From Cyanidioschyzon merolae (taxonomy: Eukaryota): 64,000 nucleotides of DNA. The position numbers and the translations under genes were made by a program. A model generated the notes under the pieces. It did not search any database, was not told the origin of the DNA, and worked only from the letters and a program-made list of their open reading frames with translations. Positions 32,351-41,840 of this stretch are shown one piece after another (position 1 is the first letter of the stretch; every line of letters starts with the position of its first letter). The stretch is taken from NCBI GenBank assembly GCA_000091205.1, contig AP006484.2; one strand, 5' to 3'.

Positions 32351-33673
32351 TTCACGGTCTTGAACGCGGTAACGTGGGATTCTAGCCCAAACTTTGAGAG
32401 AAACGGTTCTTCGAGACACGATATATATGCGAAACTGCTGGTGCGTCGTTTCACAATGTAGGCGCAGTGTCTGCCGGAAGCAATGCGCGCACGCTCACAA
32501 CGAGAAGCACCTGGGGTCGGTAAGGAAACAAAATCAGCCGGTTTACGGTGGATTATTTACTCGTGTACAACCTTGTGGATCGTTCGTTACGCAGCGGTTC
32601 TGTATTTTCTCACGCAACGAATGTTCGCGGTATCTGGAAGACTCCACATATTACCCTGCTGATCGAATGTGATCTGAATCCTGTCGTCCTACGATTCGCT
32701 TTCTGGTCGTGAATGCTCCGCGTTCTCGTGCATGCATGGTAGCGTAGCATATGAGTTTGATCTTTCTTCTGGGAAGCAGCTTCCATCGACAGATGCCATT
32801 CTGCCTGTCAATGAAAATGAAGCAGAACGGCTCTTTTGCCTGGACTTTATATAGCATGCCTCCTTGGTTCGTGGCGAGCTCCACCCGCGTAGAGGAGCAT
32901 TTCCACTAGCGCCGTAGCTTGTACTCAGAAGCAAGGAGCGCCTGTGGAGAGCTATTTCTCGAGTTCCCAGGATCGCTTTTGGACGAAAACTCCGCCAATT
33001 CGGCCTACGGAGGCACGCGAAGCAGACCCTGTCCCATCTGATGAAACCGAGTTATCGGATCGTCCACTTCCGTCATGGATGGACTTTTCGAGCCAGGCGG
33101 CCGAGCCCCGGATTCGATTCAAGAGCAAAACTCTTATCTATGTTTAAAGATGCGGCGGAGCATGACTCGGTTTCACGGAGTATCACGCGTGCCCATTATC
33201 AGACTAGGGAACCCTGGATGATGGAACCAGTACGAACGCTCACTCTAGAGCGCTTTGGTAAAAGCGGCGATCAATTGACTTGCGCACACGGTGACCGTGG
33301 AACCACACAGAACCGCAGCAGGTGCGCGTTTGGTGCCGCTGAGCAGTCTACGTTCTCGGGTCCAACACCACGAGTCCCATGAACAAGAGTAGCCTCAACG
33401 GCGGGGTTGCTGTTCTCAATTCTTGTCACGCGTCTTCGCATGACTTGTCCTGAATCGATGCTTGGTATCTGTACAGATATCCTGTCTGTGCCAGAAAACA
33501 CCAGTGCTCCGTCACCAAACGTCGGTGGCGCGCCTAAAGTCGCCACTTTGAGGTTCGCACCGTTCCCCACGGAGACGGCGTCAGGCACCGGCTTCCGACG
33601 CTGCAATCCAGCCAGACTCGCGATCTCGAAGGGAGGTTCGTCTTGCTTTCCGTGCTCGCCTGTGCAAAAGGTG

Positions 33674-33781
33674 CGGTGAGGACGAGATTCGAACTCGCGC
33701 GCTCAAAGAGCATGTACTTAGCAGGCACACCCGTTAACCATGGCGGTACTTCTGATACAGAAGTATCTCCGGCACCTCACC
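33674..33781 (-). other. tRNA-like or Pol III B-box-like element (GCGAG TTCGAAT CTCGT T-arm) bracketed by GGTGAGG/CCTCACC and containing a perfect 8-bp hairpin; not a canonical tRNA
   Basis: The minus strand reads GGTGAGG..TACTTCTGtatCAGAAGTA..GCGAGTTCGAATCTCGTCCTCACCG. The T-stem and 7-nt TTCGAAT loop are canonical and the acceptor 3' strand pairs with the 5' GGTGAGG. But the length is 108 nt and I could not fold a D-arm or anticodon arm. Confidence 0.15.
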
Positions 33782-33889
33782 GTTAAGTCCTGGGGACCTG
33801 TGCGCAAAACCATATATATACACCCAGATCGCGCGCGATTGGCATCGGCATGATGCGCGTCGCCGGTGGTGATGCTAAGCGCTGCCGGC

Positions 33890-34762
33890 TTACGCATTCG
33901 AGCACTTTACATTAGCTTGATCGAAAATATGGTCGGCCCATTTCTGGTAGCCGACCTCATTTGGATGCACTCCATCAAGGTGCGAGAAAAGTGCCGTAGG
34001 CGCTTCTCCATTCGTCGACAAGGCGGGTATATAACGCACGCGATCTCCAAAACGAGCGGCAACGCGACGCTTCGCGCTGTCGTACTGCTCTGCCACGAAT
34101 GCTAACATGGAACGAAGCGGCTCCATTTGGAATTTGGGGACGTGTTCGATCATGGAACCGTTCACAGCGGGAAGCAAAATGGAGCAATCTGGTGAGAGGC
34201 GGAGGGTTTTGCGCGCGGCCCCTATAAGCGCCGCGAGCCCCTCTTCAAAAGCTGACGGTGAGTACGAACGCCAGGCTCGCTTCCAATCGTTAACCCCACA
34301 AAGAATCACAACCATGTCTATCTTTCGCGCTGGCTCTGGTTCTTGATTGACTTCACGGGATGCGCGCGGCAGTACATGCTCAACCAGGTCCCGCACGGAA
34401 GCTCCGGTCATCCCAACAGCATGCCATTCCACCGGCGCAGATAGCGTACTCGCCAAGCGCTTCGCGAGCCTTCGTGCGAGCACCGGCCCCCCGTGAATGC
34501 AGTTTGTTCCGGGGTTCGACTGGCACGTGCAACCAACGCCAGTCACGAGGCTGTCACCCAGAAACACAACAACACGGGGCACACCCTGTTGGTGAACGCT
34601 CTCTAGGCCGTGGCTCGGACCTCGACACTCTGGTGGCGATCTATATGTCCAGGCAAGTGTTGCTGCCTGTCCTGCTCCAACTGCAGCGATTCCAGAGATT
34701 CCCACCACGAGCGCGCGACAAACACTAGAGAAACGGACAAAAACGCCACCTGCTACCGGCAT
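33890..34762 (-). CDS. GDSL/SGNH-family hydrolase (esterase/lipase-like) with N-terminal signal-like segment, 290 aa
   Basis: Block I VVFLGDSLVTGVG (GDSL). GVNDW block. DGVHPNEVGYQ (catalytic D..H block V). Single ORF. Confidence 0.65.
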   Translation of the reverse strand: MPVAGGVFVRFSSVCRALVVGISGIAAVGAGQAATLAWTYRSPPECRGPSHGLESVHQQGVPRVVVFLGDSLVTGVGCTCQSNPGTNCIHGGPVLARRLAKRLASTLSAPVEWHAVGMTGASVRDLVEHVLPRASREVNQEPEPARKIDMVVILCGVNDWKRAWRSYSPSAFEEGLAALIGAARKTLRLSPDCSILLPAVNGSMIEHVPKFQMEPLRSMLAFVAEQYDSAKRRVAARFGDRVRYIPALSTNGEAPTALFSHLDGVHPNEVGYQKWADHIFDQANVKCSNA

Positions 34763-34925
34763 TCACAGGGTAGAGGTCGCAGGTGCGCGACGGATGAGCT
34801 CTGAGAATAGAGCACCTCTCAGACAGGAGCCACACACTCTCGATATTTGGAGCCTGCTTTTACTGTTCCACTTCAAACTCCTCGCTATGTCGCCATTCCG
34901 GTTTCAAGGTAAACAGGTTTTATCG

Positions 34926-34953
34926 CTGTTGCTGTTGCTGCTGCTGCTGCTGC
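34926..34953. repeat. (GCT/GTT)n trinucleotide microsatellite
   Basis: ctgttgctgttgctgctgctgctgctgc is read directly. Confidence 0.6.
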
Positions 34954-35941
34954 GTTGGTGGTGTACGCTACACCGATCCCCAGCATCGCATCGCATCCAG
35001 TTGCCCGTCGATTCGGACACAGCGCTTGATCCGCAGCGGAGCGCGCACGCCATGTGCGTCGCGCATCGGTGATGCAGCCGATCTTCTCTCAGTACATCCG
35101 GGAGAAAGTACCGGTCGTGTAATTTGAAGACAGCGTGCAGCGTGATGGTCGCTTTCCTGAATGCCAGGATCCATTGTACAAGATGGGATCCACTGTCCAT
35201 GGAAGAGTTCTGTCAAACGAGAAAACCGGCAGTGTCTAGAACGCCCTGCGCATGCGCTCGGGATCAGCAGTGCGTGGCGGATTTGGCATGCCGGCGTGTG
35301 CGAACGCGCGATGGTGATCGCCTCTGTGCACGGGAGTCGGCAGACCTGACGCTCGTGTGGCTGCACATTCGGTGATGCCGAGGAGCGTGCTTGTCGGGCA
35401 AAAAGAACCTTAGACTAGGACGCGTAGCTGGTGATGTACAGGAGTGAGCCTGTTACAGCAGAAACGAAATCTCGGGGACTCGTGGCTTTTGGACGGCGCG
35501 GCGTGTGCTGCCGGCCGGGGCATTCCGCTCAAGTCAGGAGCACTCTGCCGCCGTTATACATTGCGGTATTGCAAGAATATATGATAGAGACGAGCCGGCT
35601 CCGAAATCATGGTCTCACCATACGCGAGAACGATCAAAAAGAATGCATACCCGAAAAAAGTCATCCATGCGTGCAACGCTGTATTCGCGAGTCTCTCAAG
35701 TGTGACGCATGAGTAGAACAGGTGATCGATGCTCGGCGCCGCGTGAACGGCGAAGCGGCGTCGAATGGCACAGGGTCACGAAACGTTGGCATCAACGTGA
35801 CAGGCTGTCGTCCATGCGTGTGTCCATACGTGCGCGCATGCATGCGCGTCTGTCGATGCAGACACGTGCATTCGAAAGCGCCCATATTTCATTTTCGAGT
35901 GTTCTTGTGAAACTTTACCTGCAGGGTTCTTCACCTTCTTC

Positions 35942-36517
35942 ATGTCTCGCATTTACCTACCAAGCATGGAAATGATAAGCCAGCACCTAGATGACGATCC
36001 ACAACTCGAGGAGCCCAAGGACGCATTTCTCCTCACATGGCCAGATGCAAGCTCGAGTGCGAAACCGACGCCGAGTCTGCCGACAGGCGCTCGAGCTCCG
36101 AAAGCTGCACGTGATCGAGAAAACGCAGAGCATGCCATTGAGGCGCCATTACCGAAGAGAAACATGCCTGTCGAGTCCCACGGAGCATGCGAAAAGCACT
36201 GGCAACAACTGACTCTGCAAGTTGAGCGGCTCCAGGCGGATCTCAACTTACTCGAGGGAAACTTTCTGTGCCTCCATCAACAGCTGAGCGGTGTGCTGGA
36301 GCGGATGGATGAACTTGCCGCTGAGAGCCAGGCGAATCCAATATGTACCCCATGGGTACCAGACCCAGTTGGGAGCCTACACCCAACTGAATTCCATCTT
36401 ACGCCGCTGCAAAGCAGCCCATCTGACAGCGGCTCTTCTGCGGATGTTGAATCCACGCTTGCTCCAGAGATGTCTGCGCACTGCAGACAACAAGATGCAG
36501 ACAACTCGTTGAATTAG
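35942..36517 (+). CDS. hypothetical small coiled-coil protein (191 aa)
   Basis: Complete ORF with a heptad-like segment QQLTLQVERLQADLNLLEGNFLCLHQQLSGVLERMDELAAE. No homology recognised. Confidence 0.25.
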   Translation: MSRIYLPSMEMISQHLDDDPQLEEPKDAFLLTWPDASSSAKPTPSLPTGARAPKAARDRENAEHAIEAPLPKRNMPVESHGACEKHWQQLTLQVERLQADLNLLEGNFLCLHQQLSGVLERMDELAAESQANPICTPWVPDPVGSLHPTEFHLTPLQSSPSDSGSSADVESTLAPEMSAHCRQQDADNSLN

Positions 36518-36680
36518 GGCAATCATCCAGCATGCAACCTTGTCCATGGAGCAAACAGGGATTCGAGTCGTCGGGAAGGACTTCATAGGATGCTATGGCG
36601 ATAGTCCCACGGGAGCGCTTCCGATCGCATCTGTCAGTCTAAACATTTTCCGTAGCGGCATGAACGAGCCGACTCGTTCG

Positions 36681-37571
36681 CTAGAGTGCAAAACGCTCAA
36701 AGGCTAACACCGAAATCCCCGGACCGATAGCTTCGCGCACTGTTCGCTGTCGACTGCGAGAGCGTTCGTCGGCAGAGTCGGTAACAAGCACTTGGTCCAG
36801 GAGACAGCGCTCAGCGATGAACGCTTCGAACTTGACACTTCTGCGCTGGGGAGGCGAAGCGTTCGCGGCACCCAATTGCCGAGGAGCGCGGAACGCTTCA
36901 TCTTCCGCAGGCATCAGGCTTTCGTAGACGGACGGCTCGATATCGGCCGCGGAAACGTACTGCGGATTCATTGCAGCGATATGCATTGCAACCTGTCGGC
37001 CGAGTGGCGACGGTGCCGAGCAAGCAACCAAAACACCAACGCGTGCGTGATTATGCAAATAGGAATATATTCGACCGTCCCGAAACGTGTCCGGTACTTG
37101 CAAACGGATGCCCCGGTGGACTGTGAGATTCTCGTCAGTCTTTGCGACCGCTTCTCGTAGCTCGTCGCGCAATGCCTCAAGCAGCTCCTGTACATTGGTT
37201 ACCGCTCCGCGCAGGAGCAGCTCTAGTCCGCGCTGACTAACACGTTGGACGACAGGCAACTGGTGCACAAAGTCCGTCTCGGAACGGATCTCTACCATGG
37301 CACCGCACCGTTGATCAGGTGCGACCTCCAGTGCAATGAGCCCACTCCTCGTGCTGCGCTGCGCTTTCTTTCGCATCACGGTCTCTGCGTAGCTTGACAA
37401 AAGCCCCAGTGCTGCGTCCAGCTTGCCGTCACACCGTTCTAATGCCTTTTTACACTCCATAACCGGGGCACCCGTCAGGTCACGAAGCTGACGGATGGAG
37501 GCTGCATTCCAGTTCGGGCTGGAGCTTAACCAGCGCCTGCCAATGTGCAGGAGAAACTGCGACCTAACCAT
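36681..37571 (-). CDS. TSFM: elongation factor Ts, mitochondrial (TSFM), 296 aa
   Basis: N-terminal presequence MVRSQFLLHIGRRWLSSS, then the EF-Ts N-terminal UBA-like motif ASIRQLRDLTGAPVMECKKALERCDGKLDAALGLL (compare IKELREKTGAGMMDCKKAL). Dimerisation-domain-like remainder. Confidence 0.8.
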   Translation of the reverse strand: MVRSQFLLHIGRRWLSSSPNWNAASIRQLRDLTGAPVMECKKALERCDGKLDAALGLLSSYAETVMRKKAQRSTRSGLIALEVAPDQRCGAMVEIRSETDFVHQLPVVQRVSQRGLELLLRGAVTNVQELLEALRDELREAVAKTDENLTVHRGIRLQVPDTFRDGRIYSYLHNHARVGVLVACSAPSPLGRQVAMHIAAMNPQYVSAADIEPSVYESLMPAEDEAFRAPRQLGAANASPPQRRSVKFEAFIAERCLLDQVLVTDSADERSRSRQRTVREAIGPGISVLAFERFAL

Positions 37572-38065
37572 GTTTCAAAAGAAACACTCCCCGAATCAGC
37601 GCCGAACTAAGAAGCGTGCTCAAGTGTGCGTGATCGAGGTTCGAAACAAACCCGGAACGCCCGCTGCGGTACAGTTCCTCGTGCAACTGCGCGCGAAACG
37701 CTTCTCCCGGATGTGCGGGTTGCTTTGAACTGCGAACAACCGAGCGTAGGTTCCCGGCTTCGTTCCGGGCGATCTACGCGAACCGGTTTCCGTGACTCTA
37801 CCGGGCACCTCTTTTCGAGACACGAAACAGCTATCACCGGAAATAAGCGTCGACCTTTTCTAGAAAAGGGCCGGCAGTGACCCGATCTTGCGGTGGAACG
37901 GGCTCGTGAGGCGAGCGCTCTAGCGCCGTGTTCAAGCCTTCTGTCGCTGGCGGACTTGAAGCTGCAGGCGCGCTTTGTGTGGGTTCTTTGCGCAGAGCAC
38001 GTCAGCGTCAGGACGCGCTGTAGAGCTGTTTTCCATAGAAACAGTTCTAGAGTCAAACCGCAGCG
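37572..38065. promoter_or_regulatory. divergent intergenic region between TSFM (minus) and POLD2 (plus)
   Basis: Lies between divergent start codons. Track ORF 37607..38101 (minus) there is Arg/Ser-rich and not protein-like. Confidence 0.2.
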
Positions 38066-39460
38066 TTGCCGCGGCGACAGCTCTGGGGTAACTGGGGGCA
38101 CCGCGGTTCGTGCGCTCCCGTGACGTCTGGCGACTGCGTCCTATTTAGGGAAAAAGTACACGAATCAGAACAACCAAACGCCATGACAGGCACAAGGCCT
38201 TGTTCTGAAGAAAACGGCGCAGTCTCCAACGCTTCCTCCGAGACATACGCGAACCTTGATGGGCCATGGGGCTTTGCGATGCCATCGGGGACCCTCGAAC
38301 AGGCTAACTACATGCAACAGTACAGCCAGCTGTACTTTTGTCGTCTGGCAGAAATGCGCAACTTTTACAGCACCTATACAGATATCACGCGAGTTGCGAT
38401 CTCGCAGCTGAACCCCGTTCAGACGCAATGGGTTGTGGGCATCATTTTCAAGCAGATGCCCTTGAAACCCTCGATCCTCAAGAGCTATGCCGACGACATC
38501 ATGCTCACCGTCCCTGAACTGCGTCTCCTGAACTACACATCTGGTGATGATCGCGTATACGTTGAGGACGAGACTGGTCGTATCGAGTGCGTGTTCCACC
38601 CCGAAGACCGCAAACATGATGTCGTCACGGGAATGGTCATTGCGCTGCAAGGGCTGGTAGGCGCGGACGGGCTCTTTCGCGTGAACGAGATCCGACTGCC
38701 GATGCATCCCGCACCGATACCACTGCCTTGTTCGGGACAATCCGCAAAACAGTATATCTGCTTCCTGTCTGGGGTTGATGTTCGCACGCCGGCGGCACAG
38801 CTCTTCCTCGACTACGTTACAGGCTGCCTTGGCGCCGATACCGTCCAACTCGGGGCATGCATGCGAGTGATCGTCGCTGGAAACCTTCGAGGCGAACGAT
38901 CCTTACTCGACCTTTTCCTGAAGACGCTTGCCGAGCACGTGCCCGTGGACCTTATGCCCGGCGAGGAGGACCCCGTGCATGCGGCCTTCCCGCAACAGCC
39001 ATGGCATCGACTCCTGCTTCCCCAGAGCGCCTCGCAGGACGATGCACAGAATCGACTCGTTCGCTGCAGTAATCCGCATGCATTTCAAATCAATGGTTGT
39101 CTCTTCCTGGGAACATCCGGACAGAATGTGAAGAATTTCTGCCGCTTCTCGCGAGTTCGCAACGAACTCGAGGCGCTCCAACGACTTCTCGAATGTGGAC
39201 ATCTCGCACCGACTTGTCCGGATACCATGGCCTGCGTCCCGCGAGGCGACCACGACCCCCTCGTTATCCGCGAGGTTCCGCACGTGCTTTTCACTGGCAA
39301 CGCGGATACCTTCAGGTACCAACAGCGTGTGTTCGGGGCAGCTCGAAACGCAGGGACGGCAGCGCCTGTGACGTTGCTGACGGTTCCACGTTTTGATGCG
39401 ACCGGCACTGCAGTGCTGCTCGCACTGCCTGAATTAACGCCGACGACTTTACAGTTTTAA
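38066..39460 (+). CDS. POLD2: DNA polymerase delta subunit 2 (POLD2, B-subunit); alternative start at ATG 38183
   Basis: [115 protein letters not shown]. These are colinear with the POLD2 motifs [106 protein letters not shown]. Confidence 0.85.
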   Translation: [464 protein letters not shown]

Positions 39461-39471
39461 ATACCCTGTAC

Positions 39472-41217
39472 ATGGTTGCCGAATCGAACGGCTTGTACCT
39501 AGGTCTTGATCTGAGCACGCAATCGCTTGATGCGGTGGTTATCGACCTCGATGACGCCCTGGAAAGCGCCTTCGAAGCGAGTGTGAACTTTGAGACAGAC
39601 CTACCACACTACGGCACGAAGAGCGGGTTTATCTACGACCCGGAGAGCAAGCGTGCGGTGGCACCGACGCTCATGTTTGCCGAGGCGCTCGAACTTGTGC
39701 TCGAAAGACTACGGAGTGCTAAGTGCCCGTTCGAACGCATTAGAGCAGTTTCGGTGTCTGCGCAGCAGCACGGCTCTGTGTATTGGCAGAGGCCTCCGCA
39801 CCTGCCGGATACCGAGAAAGACAGCCAGAAGTCGCTGGTCGCCTGTCTGCAAGAGCCAACGACTGCCTTTGCGGTGCCGTTCAGCCCTATATGGGCGGAC
39901 GCCTCGACAACTGCAGCTTGTAGAGCGATTGAGGCTGCGTATCCTGGTGGAGCGAGGCAACTCGCCCGCGACACCGGTTCCCGTGCCTATGAGCGATACA
40001 CTGCCGCGCAGGTGGTGAACCTCGCGCTCCATCAACCAGCGGCATATCGGCAGACGCAGCGGATTCAAGTTATATCGGCGGGTATGGTATCGATATTGTG
40101 CGGCAACTGGTGTGCCGAGGATGTCGCTGATGCGAGCGGAACGCTGTGGCTGCAGCTAGGTGCGCTGCGGCCGCGCTGGGCTCCCAAAGCGCTCGCTGCA
40201 ACCGAGCAGGCTGCGGGACTCGAGTCCGGCACCTTGCATGGAAAGTTAGCAGAATCACCAGTGCTCTCGTTCACAGCCGCTGGACCAATCGCTCCGTACT
40301 TCTGTCATCGTTTCGGTTTCCGCCCCGAGTGCTTGGTCGTGACTGGAACTGGTGACAATCCCTCATCGGCAGCAGGCCTGGCTATGCGACTGGGTGATGT
40401 GTGTATATCGCTGGGTACTTCGGATACGGCTTTCGGGCGCACGAGCTCATGCGAACCCCAGTTGTTTGGTCACGTTTTTCGCAGCTCACTTGATCCGCTC
40501 GCGTACATGCCGATTCTCGTGTTCTCGAACGGTTCGCTCACCCGTGAGCGCATTCGGGGCCCAGATCGCTCCTGGGAGGACTTTGACGCCTCGCTGGAAC
40601 GCACACCGGCGGGAAACCAGGGCCTCCTAGCACTGCTTACATTTGTGGATGAGATTCTTCCTCGCTTACCTGCCGGTCTGATGTACTTTGCCCAGATCGA
40701 AACGGAATCGACCAGCTCGGCACTCGCGGAGCTGAAACTGGCCCTGCTTCGCCCCGAGGACGTTGCATCACACGATGCCGTTGTTCGTGCTGTGGTAGAG
40801 CAGCGAGCGCTTGCAATCCGCTACTATGGAGAGCGCATCGGGTTACCTTTCCCACCGCAACGTGTTCTGCTCACAGGTGGTGCTTCTCAGTCGCGGGGCA
40901 TCCGAAAAGTGATTGCGGATGTGCTGGGTGCCCCTGTTTATGTTTTGGAACGTGGCAAAGCATCCTTGGATGCGCACGTGACCCCATGGAACACGGCTGC
41001 TCGCGGGGCTGCCCTGCGTGCCGCTTATGTGCAACGCGGTGAACAACAGGAGTTTGCTGACTGGGCTTCAAGCATTCATGCAGTGCGGTATCGCCGGGTT
41101 GCGGAGCCCAATCCCGATGCGTTCCAACTCTACACGAGTGTTATGTTGCCTGCATATGCTCGGTTTGAGGCACTGGTGGATGCGCAGTCTCGAACTGGGC
41201 CAGTTTCCTCCGCGTGA
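39472..41217 (+). CDS. XYLB: D-xylulose kinase (FGGY carbohydrate kinase family), 581 aa
   Basis: The N-terminus LYLGLDLSTQSLDAVVIDLD..SVNFETDLPHYGTKSGF..APTLMFAEALELVLERLRSAKCPFERIRAVSVSAQQHGSVYWQ matches human XYLB [81 protein letters not shown] C-terminal domain with GGASQS. Confidence 0.85.
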   Translation: MVAESNGLYLGLDLSTQSLDAVVIDLDDALESAFEASVNFETDLPHYGTKSGFIYDPESKRAVAPTLMFAEALELVLERLRSAKCPFERIRAVSVSAQQHGSVYWQRPPHLPDTEKDSQKSLVACLQEPTTAFAVPFSPIWADASTTAACRAIEAAYPGGARQLARDTGSRAYERYTAAQVVNLALHQPAAYRQTQRIQVISAGMVSILCGNWCAEDVADASGTLWLQLGALRPRWAPKALAATEQAAGLESGTLHGKLAESPVLSFTAAGPIAPYFCHRFGFRPECLVVTGTGDNPSSAAGLAMRLGDVCISLGTSDTAFGRTSSCEPQLFGHVFRSSLDPLAYMPILVFSNGSLTRERIRGPDRSWEDFDASLERTPAGNQGLLALLTFVDEILPRLPAGLMYFAQIETESTSSALAELKLALLRPEDVASHDAVVRAVVEQRALAIRYYGERIGLPFPPQRVLLTGGASQSRGIRKVIADVLGAPVYVLERGKASLDAHVTPWNTAARGAALRAAYVQRGEQQEFADWASSIHAVRYRRVAEPNPDAFQLYTSVMLPAYARFEALVDAQSRTGPVSSA

Positions 41218-41720
41218 ACAGTGTTGTGATTCAGGTGGAGGGCGACGAGCTCGGCTGCGACGGCGTCAGTTCGGGATACTGCACAACACCGCAGACTTAG
41301 TGAAGGGAAGAGATTGCGAGTTTACCTCGGCGATGACTCTCGTCCTGTGCGAGTTTGTCTCCGAGTTCCGGCGGACACGCTGTGTTCCAACTTTTGTTCA
41401 GAGCGCAGCGTTTCCGCGCTCGTTAGAAACTAGGTGCTGAATACCTTGTCTTATGCAAAGCGCGTGCAGAGATTCGGAGACCAGCACCGAGCTATGGAAA
41501 GTCTCACTTGCGTGCATGCGGGCGGGCATTCGAGCGGCAACGTCAGCCGAGCGCTACTTCAACCGAGCGCTTCCAGAAAACCTGGAATCCGTGCGACCAT
41601 ACAGTCTTATGTGACCCTGTTTCAGATAGCGCTTTTTCGCTCAGACGAGAACGTGGATCAGCTGACTGCGTCCCGTTGCAATAAAGCGTTGAACACGAAT
41701 AATGACGTCACGAGTTAACT

Positions 41721-41745
41721 AGCCAGCCAGCCAGTCAGTCAGTCA

Positions 41746-41801
<56 letters not shown>

Positions 41802-41802
41802 A
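41721..41802. repeat. (GCCA)n tetranucleotide microsatellite, about 20 units with GTCA variants
   Basis: agccagccagccagtcagtcagtcagccagtcagccagcc(agcc)n aactgg is read directly. It lies in the convergent 3' region between XYLB and the minus-strand membrane protein gene. Confidence 0.9.
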
Positions 41803-41840
41803 CTGGACCAGTGCCGCAGCCATCTCCTGCTTCGAAAAGG

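Noticed and set aside
33674-33781. Calling a bona fide tRNA gene here
   Set aside because: Only the T-arm and acceptor pairing are canonical. The 108-nt length and the lack of foldable D and anticodon arms argue against it. It is kept only as a tRNA-like element.
38066-41217. POLD2-XYLB as a single fusion ORF
   Set aside because: The two ORFs are in different frames and a TAA stop separates them. Both termini match homologue ends.
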